Source of the DNA: Epiperipatus broadwayi
Taxonomy: Eukaryota > Animalia > Onychophora
Direction of reading: 5' to 3'
Assembly: GCA_028023455.1 (NCBI GenBank)
Contig: JAQFVV010000001.1
Coordinates: forward strand, 5,270,001-5,334,000
DNA: 64,000 bases
A model generated the notes under the pieces. It saw only the letters and a program-made list of their open reading frames with translations, was not told the origin of the DNA and searched no databases. Both the position numbers and the translations under genes were made by a program. Shown piece after piece: positions 13,394 to 26,214 of this stretch (position 1 is the stretch's first letter; the number at the start of each line of letters is the position of its first letter).

Positions 13394-13758
13394 TTGAAAT
13401 ACAGGCATTCTTCATATATCTGGAGCCTAATTGTAAATATAGGGGATTTGAACTCAGACTTCAAGTACCTGACAACTATCCACACTATCTCATATCACCA
13501 ATAATATGACCACACACATAGAAAAGATAAATAATCACCAACATATGTATTTCATGCTACTGAACACTGATTATATATACATGTGTGGGAGATGATAATC
13601 TGGACCAAACTGATGAGTGCTAGTTTAGCATGAAATACATATATTAGTGATTATTTATCTTTTCTATATGTGTGTGGTAATGTGTATCGGTGGTATGACA
13701 TAGTGTGGATAGTTGACGGGTACATGAAAGTCTGAATTCAAACCCCCTATATTTAAAT
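13394..13758 (-). mobile_element. Foldback hammerhead element, family A copy 2
   Basis: Inverted arms with the tail on the left; 9-bp flanking repeat GTTATATAT (13385-13393, 13759-13767; low complexity, so a weaker TSD). Confidence 0.8.
13587..13663 (+). ncRNA. Type I hammerhead ribozyme (family A), near intact
   Basis: CTGATGA (13610-13616)-GTGCTA GTT TAGCAT-GAAA-TACATATA: core and stem II intact, one mismatch in the stem III palindrome, stem I slightly degenerate. Confidence 0.65.
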
Positions 13759-14678
13759 GTTATATATGATGTTTAAAACAATTTTAAAACAAACTTTTTT
13801 TTTGTAGTTGTTCATCTCATAAGTCAATATTAAAAATTTGTTTAGGAATGTAATCCCTAAACTTTTATTAATTGGGTTGTTTATTTGCAATATGCTTTTT
13901 ACTCGAATTACTACAATTTTAAATTTAGCCTTTGGTTTTAATTAATCACTATTACTTATCATAAATCTTAAAAATAGAATCAGATACAATATTGTATTTC
14001 CAATGTAGATGATATTTTTTATTTCTTTACATTTGATAATTTCGTATTTAATTAAGCTGTAAATATATTTAAATTTAGAAGGCATTGAAGTCATACTACA
14101 ACTATATAAATTGCACTAAGACAAATATTTTTCAGCAACAAAAACTTTTATCATATTGTTCTACGAATAAGAATGAAAACAAATCTTTACATAAAAAAAT
14201 TCAATAAATCATTTTTTTAAAAAAAATATGGATTAGTGATATACTGTATAAGTTAATTATTTTTCAGATCATATCCAATTTAAAAAATTTAAAGTTCACA
14301 AATTTCCTTTTTTAGTATCCAATAGTATTTCTTTTACTGTATAAATATTAATCTACCCAGTAAAAATTACTACACTGTTTTCCTCTTTTACTGCCACATT
14401 TTCATTTTTACATCATTTTAGTAAAAATAAAAGCATAAGAAAAAAAAAAGCAAGTCTGTTGTTGGAAAATCAGATGGACCAAGGAAAAAACTAAGCATTA
14501 CACTTTTAATCAATGGACCGAGCAGATTTTTTTTAATTTTGATTCAGAAATTTAGTTTTTAAATTTGCCACTGATCACTATAGGAAACCATAAAATAAAA
14601 AAAAAACTTTATTAGTAAAATTCCAAAAAAAAAAAAAAAAAAAAATGTAATTTCTGTAATATTATTTAATCCTAATGT

Positions 14679-15438
14679 AAATATAAGGGATTTGAACTCA
14701 GACTTTCAAGCACTCTTCAACTATCCATACTATCTCATACCACTGATACACATGACCACACACATGTAGTAAAGATAAATACTCACCAATATACGTATTT
14801 CATGCTAAACAAGCACTTATCAGTTGGTCCAGATTATCATCACCCACATATATATATATATATAATCAGTGCTCAGTTTATATTAAGATAGCAAATCTTC
14901 ATACATTAATGGACAGGCTTCAATCTACTTCAACTTCCAACTCTTCAGCCATCCATACCATTGAAAATCTGATGATGGAAAGCCCAAACCCCATGTTGAT
15001 GCCAATATTATTATTATTGCATAAAGTCCTATACATGAGGGGTCAGAGTGACTTGGAAGTCAACACGGGCATGGCAATAATATTGGCATCAGCATGGGAT
15101 TTGGGCTTTCTATCATCAGATTTTCAATGGTATGGATGGCTGAAGAGTTGGAGTAGATTGAAGCCTGTCCATTAAAGTATGAAGATTTGCTATCTTAATA
15201 TAAACTGAGCACTGATTATATATATATGTGGGAAATGATAATCTGGACCAACTGATAAGTGCTGGTTCAGCACAAAATAAGTGTATTGGTGATTATTTAT
15301 CTTTTCTACATGTGTGTAGTTATGTATATCAGTGGTATAAAATAGTGTGGATAGTTGAAGGGTGTTGGAAAGTCTGAGTTCAAATCTCCTATATTTAGAA
15401 TTAAGCTCCAAGTATATGAAGAATGCCTGTATTTCAAA
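14679..15438 (+). mobile_element. Foldback hammerhead element, family A copy 3 (longest)
   Basis: ~330-bp inverted arms, ~50-bp loop, 42-nt tail (15397-15438), perfect 16-bp TSD TATTTAATCCTAATGT (14663-14678, 15439-15454); the HHR core reads CTGATAA in both arms. Confidence 0.85.
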
Positions 15439-16647
15439 TATTTAATCCTAATGTGTGACCCATCTTTTTTAAAAAGGATACTTACAGATTTATTCATAAA
15501 TATTAGAAATTTAAAATTTTTTATATTCGATAATGGCTATTACAACTATAAAATGAATTTAAAATGTTTTGCTAAAAAAAAAGAAGAAAGATTAAAAAAA
15601 GTCATACCAGAATATTTCTGAACAAGCATCACATTTCATTGGTAAAAAATCTACATGTTAAAAAAATATAAAAAATTATTAAAGAAAATATCTTTAAAAA
15701 ACAAAAACAAAAAACAAGTATAAATAAATAAGCAATACAGAAATTCCCATATAATATTAATAAAATAAAGAGACATCTTGTTTTATCTGATGATCTCACA
15801 TCATTATTCTAATTTTTGAAAAAATTATTTATAATTTATCTTAATTTTAATATTATATGAATATTAAGGTCTCTGCCTGAAAGCTGGTTAAGTAATTAGG
15901 TAATTAAGTATAATATTCAAGCAATAACACTTTACAATATAAGATTATAATTTTCCATTATTTGTCATCTCTTAACAAAATTTATTTTACTGTATCAATT
16001 TTAGGTTTACAATGTAAAATTAGAATAAGTAAAATGTAAAGAAAGTAAAAGTAATAACATTTTAAAATTTGTGAGTAATCTAAAAATTACAGACCAATGG
16101 TCTATAGAAAATTTGATAAAGGGTCCATTAAATTCTCTGCCTAAAAAATAACTAAGCAGTAGAATACTATGATCAAGCATTAACACTTGATTATCACTAG
16201 TGATAGTTTGGCTTTATTTGTCATCCTCTTCACATAATTTATTTTAATATTTTAGTCATTGCATCATTAAGATGCCAAGTTTATTTGAATGTTTAATATA
16301 CATACAAAAAACTAATTCATAAACTATTTCATATACTGATTAAAAACAATGGTATAATACTTTCCATCTTCATTCCAAAAATATATACAAATTGGCATTT
16401 TTCGTCTGTAGTAAAAATTATGTATTCAACTCTTAGAAGAAATAAATCCCAAGTCTAGCAGCACTATCTCTATCAAATATCTGCATGGCAAAATTTTCCA
16501 ATTGTTCATTAAAAAAATTATTACAATCACTTTGTGATAAAAATAAAAAACATTATTGTATTTCTATTTTAACAAAAAGTCAAGTAAATGTAAACATTCA
16601 TTACATTTTAATTAATCTTGAAAAAAAAAATCAACATAACCTAAGAA

Positions 16648-17033
16648 ATAAATCGAGATACTGCTAAATCTCTAGCGCTTGTTAAATACTTAACGGACAG
16701 CCAATCAGATATCAGGGAAAGCTGTTCAAATGACATCCAAACACACAACAAAGATTTTACGAGAACAGGGCAGCCACCCTTTTCTCTATTTTTCTTTCTA
16801 TATATTTAAGCCAATCGTAAGCATTTAGGTTTGAAAGCAAAGTAGAAAGAAAAGTAGAGCAAAGGGTGCCCTTTTCTCATAAAATCTTTGTTGTGTTTGG
16901 ATGTCATTTGAACAGCTATCCCTGATATCTGATTGGCTGTCGGTTAAGTATTTAATGAGCATTAGAGATTTGGCAGTATCTCGATTTATTTCAATTTTCA
17001 ACTATCGGCGCTTCGCAAATTAAAATATTGTTT
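16648..17033 (+). mobile_element. Foldback element, family C (no HHR visible)
   Basis: ~140-bp inverted arms, 41-nt tail (16993-17033), 12-bp flanking repeat ATAA(C/T)CTAAGAA (16636-16647, 17034-17045). Confidence 0.7.
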
Positions 17034-18420
17034 ATAATCTAAGAAGTAGAAAATAATTGTAAATTAATCTTATAAAAATATATTAAACTCATAATCAAAA
17101 GATTTTCTTTAAGTGATATTAACTGATTATTTGAAAAATGAGTGCTAGATGTATATATTAAATCTGCTATGTATTAAAAAAATACGATTTACTCAAAATC
17201 AATATAAAAATCAGTAGGCAACAAAACTGATAAAAATGGAAATTTATCTTCTTCAAACTGTCATAAATCTTTGTTATACAACTTGTAGATTACAATTAAT
17301 ATTTTAAATAAGTATACGGTACTCAAATAATGATATTTCAAACAATATATTTATTCATATAATAGAACATAATATATTTTTCTTTATTCACTTTTAACAA
17401 TGTAGTAAATTTTATTTATTTTTATAAGAACTTTAATTTTCAAATATATATGACCACATAATTAATACCTTTTAATATGTATGTACATTTATAATTAAAT
17501 ATCTAATACATACATAATACTCTATATACTTACATAATGTTATACATATTAGAATTATATTTGAATAAACTCAATAAATATACAATTTTTTAATAACTTT
17601 ATAGATATTAACTTTATTGTTTTTATTTTTTTATCTAAATCTTTATATAGTATACTTTACATTTATATAGGCTGCAGAAAGAAATTGGGTGTTAACTGAA
17701 AGAAGATCCTTTGATTCATTTTGGAAATCTTAAAGAAACCAAGCAGGGCAAATTCTTAATATCTACTCCAAATAGGCTTGTCATTGCAGCTGTTATTACT
17801 ATATGATCATTCATATGTTATACAAACATGAATGGGCTGTTCACCAACATGCATTAGTCAGCATGGTGAATTTATTGGCACCATGGTCTTTCTTCTCAGA
17901 CACCTGATAACTCTTAACAAAAATCAGTTATCTTGAAGGCAGAATAAATGTCTTTGTGAATGAATTTTTTTTTCTAATAAATATTGACAATCGTAACAGA
18001 CAAAAATAAATCATAGCCATTGCTTGGAGGTTGTAAACTCATTACCAAGGATGCAATTGGTAGCTGAAGGTCAAGAATACTAAGAATATCCTGGTTGTGA
18101 ACCTAGGCTGCCATTTGATGATGACATTTTTGTCTTATATTAAATGGGATGTTATTGGACTTTGTGAGTTAGGAGAAAAGGTGAAGAGACATGTGATTTA
18201 AAAAGTGAACATGTACTGTAATACAAAGGCACAAACTCTAGAAGTGGAGTAAAATTCATTATAAATAAAAAGTGAAAGAACAACATTGTAAAGATTGATG
18301 GTGTATCAGAGAGAGTGACAAGATTATTTAATCAACTTAATAGCAGATATCAAATGCAGATAATTCAGGTTTATGCCCAAACAAGTTTTCATTGTAATGA
18401 TGAAGTAAAGAATTTTTATA

Positions 18421-18776
18421 ATAAAAATTATTTCAACCTAATTGAAGTTAGACAACTAAATAAAAATTAATAAATATTTTAATGAACTGGTTTTCATCCA
18501 ATATTAAGACCTCTTCAAAATATAAGAGGTTCTAATTTTGGAAAACTGGTTCAATTAAATATTTATTAAATAAAAATTAATAATTTTGTTGACTGGTTTT
18601 CATCCAATATTAGGATTCTACAAAATATAAGATATCCTAATAATGGAGAAAAACCGTTCAATAAAATATTTAATTTTTATTTAGTTGTTTAATTTCGATT
18701 GAGTTAAAATAATTATTAATAATTTGAAAACAATTATTATGGACAAATTTATTTATTAATATGTTTGTCCATTATT
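18421..18776 (+). mobile_element. Double-foldback element, family D, with degenerate HHR cores
   Basis: Interrupts the RTE frame; 13-bp TSD AAG(A/G)ATTTTTATA (18408-18420, 18777-18789); alternating antisense and sense segments, each carrying a variant of TGAAGA-ATCC TAATATT GGAT-GAAAACCRGTTC. Confidence 0.7.
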
Positions 18777-19706
18777 AAGGATTTTTATATGGATGTATGA
18801 AAGGTTTTTGAAAAAATAAAACATTTTTAAATTGTTATGGGAGACTTTAATGCTAGAATTGGTAAACAATTGGAAGATGAAAGTGCTGTAGGTAAATTTT
18901 GTTATGGTGATAGAAATGAGAGTCATAGACTTGTGGAGTTTGCAGAAAAAGAAAAACTTTATATTATAAATTCTTTTTTTGAAAAAAATGCTAAATTGAA
19001 CTGGACATAGAGGCATCCAAATTAAGATACAACAGGAATGGATTATATTTTGACTAACAGAAAACGTATATTTTAAGATAGTAATGTTCTTAATAAATTC
19101 AACAAGGAAGTGATCATCAATTAGTGAGATGTAAGATATATGTTAATGCAAAACAAGAGAGACAAAAATTATTAAAAAAACAACATTCACAGTTGATATT
19201 TCTAATCTTCAGAAACATTGTAATGAATTTAATTAGAACTTGCAAATCGTTTTCAAATATTAAAAATTTTAACATGATTAAGATTTGAACAAAAACAATA
19301 GGAAGATAACTGATACACTTTTAAAAACTGTAACAAAGATAGCTGGTACAAAAAAGCAGCAACTGACCAATAAAAATTCTATTGAGACAAAACATTTATG
19401 AAGAAAAGAAGGAATATGAAAATACATAAAAATGATGCATTAAGAAAAATTGAATATTTTAAATATTGTAAAACAGTGTGAAAAAGAGTTAATAATGATG
19501 TAAGAAAGTATAATTGTGAACTAGCAAGGAAAGCTATAGAAGACAATAAGTCTCAAGAGTGTAAAACAATATTTTGGTATTGGTAGAAAAATTACTTCTG
19601 TAATAAGAAAAAAAGATGGAACTATTACTAAAAAAGAGATGACATCATGAAATGTGTAGAATAGTTCTAGCAAAAATTATATAGCAATAAAAAACAAAGA
19701 AAAGTA

Positions 19707-20938
19707 TATTTTGTATTTATATGTTGGACTATTTTCATCATCTAATATAAGTATTAAATGTCTTTAGAAAAATTTAACTTTATTTAAATATTCCAAATAC
19801 ATTCAACTATTAGTAATAGCACACAAGTTAGTACATGCATAATGTTTTGAGAGGTATTATTCTCCCCTCTTCTTCAGGTGTTGCTGGCCTGCCCAGTGAC
19901 AGTACCAGCATGGGAATCGAACCTGGCTATTCTTGAGTATTTAATTTTTAAGTTTAAACTCTAACCAAATGAGCCATCCTGCTAAAGAAAACAGTCAGTA
20001 GAAATTTCACATACTTATCTATGAATTTCCTCCTGAATTTCTCCATTTTTTTCTAAGAGCAAAGTTAATTAGTGGTTTCCATACATTATGTATAGTCACA
20101 TTACTGTAGTGTACCATACATACCAAAAATAGCAGAAAAAATTAAGGAAAATCTGCAATCAGTATAACATCGGAACAGCTTTCCAGAGCCATACCCCAAT
20201 ATGAGGAATTCTAACCTCTTCAAAGCCTAAACTTGAAATGCTGAAAAGAAAAAATTGCATCTATGAAATACCATGTGAAGGTGGAAGAATGTATATTGGT
20301 GAGATCAGTCATCCCATTGAAAAGTACTTGCAAGAACATAAACTGATGATTAGAAGAGAGAAAACAAATCTGTCTAAGGTATCAATGAACATATATATAT
20401 GTTCAATTGGAAAAAAAAAAATAATGGATAGAGAAGAAATGGTACAAAGAAGAAAATTTAAAGAAGCTGCTCACAAGACAATGGCAAAAAAATCCTATAA
20501 GTCAACCTAGTGTGACTATACATAATGTATGAAAACCACTAATCAACTTTGCTCTTTGAAAAAAAATGGAGAAATTCAGGAGGAACTTCATAGATAAGTA
20601 TGTGAAATTTCTACTGACTTGCCTTTGGCAGGATGGCTCAGTTGGTTAGTATTAATTTAAAATTCAATACTCAAGAATCTAAGGGTACAGGTTTGATTCC
20701 CATGCTAGTAATGTCACAGGTCAGACCAGCAACACCTAAAAAAAAGGGGGGAGAATAATACCCCTCGAAACATTGTTGCATATACAACCTATGTGCTATT
20801 ACTAACACTTGAGGGTATTTGGAATATTTAAATAAAGTTAAATTCTTCTAAACACATTCAATACACATATTAGATGATGAAAATAGTCCAACATATAAAT
20901 ACAACTAAAATACCATCATCCAAAACCTTCATGAAAAC
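19707..20938 (+). mobile_element. 5'-truncated Penelope-like element with inverted pLTR (family P copy 1)
   Basis: GIY-YIG remnant (NCIYEIPCEGGRMYIGE, ORF 20238-20510); 19707-20100 is the reverse complement of ~20510-20903; 35-nt tail; perfect 13-bp TSD ACAAAGAAAAGTA (19694-19706, 20939-20951) inside the RTE. Confidence 0.9.
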
Positions 20939-21551
20939 ACAAAGAAAAGTACCTCTTACATCTTCTAAATTGCCCAGGATTTTAAATGAACTGAGACAGC
21001 CAATTAAATCTATGAAGAAGGGGAAAGCTTCAGGTATGATGGCATTATAATTGATATCTTAAAAGAAGCAGGTGAAGAAATATAAAAAAAATTAGCATTA
21101 TATACCAAATATTTAAATGATAAAGATGTACCAAATGATTAGAAGAATACAGTATTAATATTTTAAAAAGATGATAAAGAAGATATTAGAAATTACAGAT
21201 CTATCAATTCTATAAATTTTTTTTTACCAAACTAATTATAACTAATCTACAGCAAACTTTGGATTTTAAACATCCAAAAAAAGAAAACAAGCTGAATTTG
21301 AAAGTGATTTTAGCACAGTGGATCACATCCAAGTATTAAAAGAAGTTATAGAAAAAAGCAATAAATATGAGTTGCCATTTTGCTTTGGATTTGTAGATTA
21401 TGAAAAGGCATTTGATTCTATAAACATTTCTTCAGTGATGTCAAATTCTGAAGAATATTTGTAAAACTGCAACAGCACAATTAGATTACATAATGGTACT
21501 AAAAAGATTGACATTGAGAAGAGTATATGGCAGAGTGATTCCATATTTATC

Positions 21552-24500
21552 TTATACCTTCAGCAGAGATTAATGGGATAAGAAGGCCAGTCCAGGTCCT
21601 TCTTCTGAATCTTGAGTTTACATGGAGGGCCTTTTTATTTGCAATTCTCTTTCCAGACTGTGAGCATTCATATATAGTGTACTTCCTTCCCTATTGGTCA
21701 TTTATGTCATTGGACATTTTTTATCTATCCCTATTCTTAACGGTGTGTGGTGATACATGCTCAATCCAATTTGAATCAGTTTGGGATCTAGACAAGTCTC
21801 TATAAATTTGGGTGCATGTATATTTTCGCACAGCACTACCCCCTAATCCTGAGAAATGCAAGCTTCTCTGGAGTCACATATATAATCCTGTAGATATGCA
21901 AGTGGGCAATTTTTATGCGAAGTCTGTTTTCCTCCTGTAGGTCAGTTGCATTCTTTTTAGGAAACTGTATTGTAACTTCATCTGAAACTTCTGCTGCTTC
22001 ATTCCTAATTTCGTATGTCTTCCGCATTGTCTTTATTAACTAAGCTATGATTCTCAGTAGATCCCCATCTTGAGTTTTCATATTATAGTTGAAGTTTACT
22101 TTTGTCCAGTTTTTCTGGACTTGGTTTATGTGCTGCTGGTAGCATAGCCCTGAAGTGGTTTGTATTTCAACTATTTGGTCTATAATAATCCTAGTTATTC
22201 GACCTTCTACCCATGCCTTGCATAATGTGTCATGTACCCATATGTTTTCCCTATCAGAAACATATTTTTCTTGTTTGTTGGTTATTTTCAGTGGTCTGGC
22301 ATCAGAATGCACAATTTGTTGCGTAGTCTTCTGCCCATCAATATCTTCACAGGTGATTTCCCAGTGGATGATGTGGCAGCCATGATATGTTGGTGTAGCA
22401 TTGCAAAGTTTAGTGTATTGGCCAGGCTAGTGTTGTTTAATCTATTTAATACCAGTTTCAAATGCTGGACCATCTTTTCTGCGATTCCATTGGATTCCCC
22501 ATTCTTGTAAAAATGAATCAAACTCATCAGAAAAAAATTCAGTCCCATTATCTGAAACCAAAACTTCTGGTGACGTGTGGTATGAAAATATTTCGCTTAA
22601 AATATGAATGGTTTCCGCTGAACTAGTATTTCTGGCCAGCTTGTATTTTTCCCATTTGGAGGCGGCATCTACCAACACAAAAATTAGTTTATCATTTATT
22701 GACCATGCATGGTCTATGTGCACCAGGCTCCAAGATTTATCTGTTTTGGGCCACAATGTGAAATTTCTTTGGAAGTGCATTTACAGTCAATTGGCAAGGT
22801 TTGCATTTTCTAATAAACAATTCTATCTCCATACCCATGCCCGGCCAATACACATAACTGTGGGCTAACGCTTTTGCTTGGACTATCCCTGGATGCCTTC
22901 AATGTAATATTTCTAATACTTTAGAACACCCTACGGAGGGAACCAATGCCTTATAGTCCATCACTAAGCATCCCTTTAATGTTGATAGTTGTTGACACAT
23001 ACTCCATAAAGACTTATTTATGTAGTGGGGTCATTTGCTGGGCCATCCTTTCTTAATTCAGCTCATGGGAGTTTGATATCCTGCTGTTTCTTGAGTCCAC
23101 CTGGTGATAGTTTTTCTGTTTATTGTTTCTGGCCTCCAATGGTCCAAATAATTTATATTAACTTCAGAGTCTGTTTTCTCCATTGTATCAGGTATTCATC
23201 ATAGAGCTTCCGCATGCTTAATTTGACTACCTTTCTGATATACTAATTCGTAGTTGTATGAAGTCAACAAATTATAGCAGCGAATCATCCAAGAACTCAA
23301 GTGGTCAGGAGCAGCTTTTTTATTGGTGAATTTCACCAATAATGGGTGGTGATCTGTTATTATTTTAACTGATCGGCTGTAGATATATTGCATGGAATTT
23401 GCGAACTGCTGATATATCAGACAACACTCCCTTGTCCAGTTGGCTGTAATTTTTCTTGGCTCTTGATAATGTTCTGGACATATATGCTATAGGTCATTCA
23501 CTATTCTGTGATGGATGACTGAGTACCATTTCAATTTCTATATTCGGATGCGTCAGTTGTTAACATTACATCAAGGTTATTGTTGTAATGCACTAACAAA
23601 TGGTTTGACATAAACAACACTTTCGTTTTCTAAAAAACACCCTCTTGCGGCTCTTTTCAATACCATCATTGATTTTTCGAAGCAGTACCTACAAAGAAGT
23701 GGCTATGTGTGCTTTTCCCATTAGAAAGTTCTCAAAAAAATTAACCAATCACAATAAGGCCTGAAGTTTGAGGTTTTTGGGGGCCAGCACATTCATGATA
23801 GCTTTAATCTTTCCGGGATCAGATCTAATTCCTGCCTGAAATGATGTTTCCTAAAAACTTTATTTCTTTAACACTTCAAATACACTTTTACATATTTAGT
23901 TTTGCTCCAAATTTTTCTAGGCATTCACAAACTTTTTCTAATTTACCGTGTAATGCTGCTTTGGAGGCAGCTGTTATTAATAGTCATCATAATATGGCAT
24001 TGTACCTTCCAACAGTGTGTCTATTTTAGCTTGAAATGCATTTGGGGTTATTTTTACGCTGAAAGGTAGCCAACTATAACTATACAATCCTTTGTGAGTT
24101 GTTATAGTTAGAAGCACTGCAGTTTCCTTTATCACTATGATCTGATGAAAATGCGGCATTTAAGTCAGTTTTGCGAAGTAGTTTGCTTCTTCCAATCCTG
24201 CTAGTATTTCTCTAACATTTGGAATTGGGTATGGGCTTTTTGCAATACTTTTGTTTATAGTCAGCCTGTAGTCCCCACACATACGGATTTGTCTATTTTG
24301 TTTTGTTATGACAACTATTGGAGTAGCCCATTCCGTGTCTTCGATCGAGGTCAATACCTTTCTTTACCATATCTTCTAAAGCCTCTTTGATTCTTGATTT
24401 CAGAGCAAAAAGGTATCTTCCTAGGCTTGCTGTGCACTTTTGCGAAACTTGATTTCCACAGCAGTAATATTGATTTTTGTCTGCTCTTTGGTAAACAGTT

Positions 24501-26214
24501 TAGGGAACTTAGCCTTTATTTCTCTTTCGATGTTAATTCTGTTTATCATGCAGATTTTAATACCTAATGGAGAAAACCATTACCTACCCAATAGGGTTGC
24601 TATATTGCCCTTGACTATATATAGACTTAGTTTTGTCCGGCGCCTATTCATGGTTACCATAACTTCTTCTACCCCAACTATTTGAATAGGATTACCATTT
24701 GCATCATTCGCCTTGAGCTCTGTTTTTACTACTTTTGGTTGGCTTTTGACGTTTTTGATTAACTCAGATATGTAGATTTCCTGGCTCCATCTCCATCTCT
24801 ATAGATTGTTGCAAATCTCTACTGCTAACATTATTTATTGAACGCTTTTGATTTCTGCCTCGTTTATTTTGGCAAAACGTTCCGATTTGCTATACTTATT
24901 TGCTGACGATCCGTTATTAGACTTTGGCTTATTTTTTGTATGGGAAACTTTAGCTAGATGCCCAATCTTCTTGCATTTGTTTCATTTTGCACTTTTCCAG
25001 CTGCATTCATGTGCAAGGTGTCCAATTTTGCTGCAGTGATAACATTCAGATTTTGGGCTTGGTAGTTCTGCTTTGCTAGCCTCCAGGTTAGCTTGTTAGA
25101 ACTCCTTTGAGATGCTTAATACTAGTTTGTAGATCATCCCTCTTTTTATGGCCTCAGGATATGAGATCTGGGGTAGCCAATAGCTGTTGATGGAGCTTGT
25201 CATCGCTCACCCTCCATAAAAATTGTTATAATGTTTCCAATCTCCATACATACAATTTTGCACTAAATCCCGTAAGGCAGTATTAAAATCTCTACAACTT
25301 TCCCCCCTCACCTGACATCTATTATGCAAATGAAGACGAGCGATGTGCTTTAATAGTCTGAGCTAAAATGGTTATCCAACTGCCTAACTAGATCAGGGTA
25401 TGGTAGTATTTCCAGCTCTTCAGTTCCACATAACTAGTTTGCGATCTCAATTATCCCTGGACCTCCGAAAAAAAGTAATGTGGCAATTTTCATCATATCA
25501 TCTTATATTTTTACTCTAAGCACTTTGTATATTGCAGCCACACAGAGGGACTGTTAACATCAAATTCACCAATACCTACCTATGTTATAGCCATCTTGCG
25601 ACTCACTAAGTAACACTTTTATCAATTGAATTTTCTTTCTAGGTTTTAATCCACTGTTTTGTGCTCTGGTAGTATAATGAGAGTTTTTATCACACTTCGT
25701 TCTCTCTTTGACTATCAACTGCGCCAAATAGTATGCTATGTACGAGCTCAGATTTGATCACTAAAAACTGGTCACTTATTATGTACCCAAACTAGCATAT
25801 AAATATTAATGAAATGGAGCTCTCACCAGCACAGTAGAGTTAAATTATTTTAATAAAAGGTTAAAGCAAGTTACAGTAAGTAATTATCTACAAGTAATTA
25901 TTATAAACTGATTATACTAAAAGATGCAAAAGTATTTTTACAATTCCATCCATCGATTTATACCCTAAGGTATACTGATTGGCCTTTATGCTTGCCTAGA
26001 TCCCTCTTTTACACCTTCAGCGGGATTAACTGGGTATGATGGCCAGTCCAGGTCCTTCTGAATCTTGAGTTTACACGGAAGGCCTTTTTATATGCAATTC
26101 CCCTTCCAGACTGTGAGAATTCGGATCCTGTGGACATTTCTCACTATTGATCATTTATGTCATTGGGCAAGTCTCTATAAATTTGTGTGCACATATATTT
26201 TCACACAGCATACA
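21552..26214 (-). mobile_element. Decayed Ty3/Gypsy LTR retrotransposon (Mag-like), element 2
   Basis: LTR homology between 21552-21839 and ~26010-26214; PPT AGGATTAGGGG next to the 3' LTR; two CCHC knuckles (CYHCSKIGHLAHEC; KCKKIGHLAK); RT (WATPIVVITKQNRQIRMCGDYR; YYDD); RNase H; integrase (WSLVHIDHA; VSDNG). Confidence 0.9.
25712..25726 (-). other. Primer-binding site of Gypsy element 2
   Basis: Minus strand TGGCGCAGTTGATAG, next to the 5' LTR; resembles the tRNA-Ser-type PBS TGGCGCAGTCGGTAG of insect Gypsy elements. Confidence 0.7.

Larger units (their letters stand above)
17670..21545 (+). mobile_element. Decayed RTE LINE with 5' UTR, interrupted by two foldback insertions
   Basis: 5' region 17670-17900 is homologous to the reverse complement of ~56100-56315; endonuclease motifs follow, then the RT motif GFVDYEKAFDSI (~21385-21420); it ends against the Gypsy 2 LTR. 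Confidence 0.85.

Noticed and set aside
14909-15175. 88-aa ORF as a host gene
   Set aside because: It spans the fold of palindrome A3; its first half is the antisense of its second half.
17670-17733. Apparent terminal exon after ATATAG (AAERNWVLTERRSFDSFWKS-stop)
   Set aside because: The same sequence recurs inverted at ~56100-56315 in front of another RTE, so it is the RTE 5' UTR.
20625-20710. tRNA gene
   Set aside because: A and B boxes are present, but there is no acceptor stem or cloverleaf and no terminator; it is embedded in a repeated PLE end.
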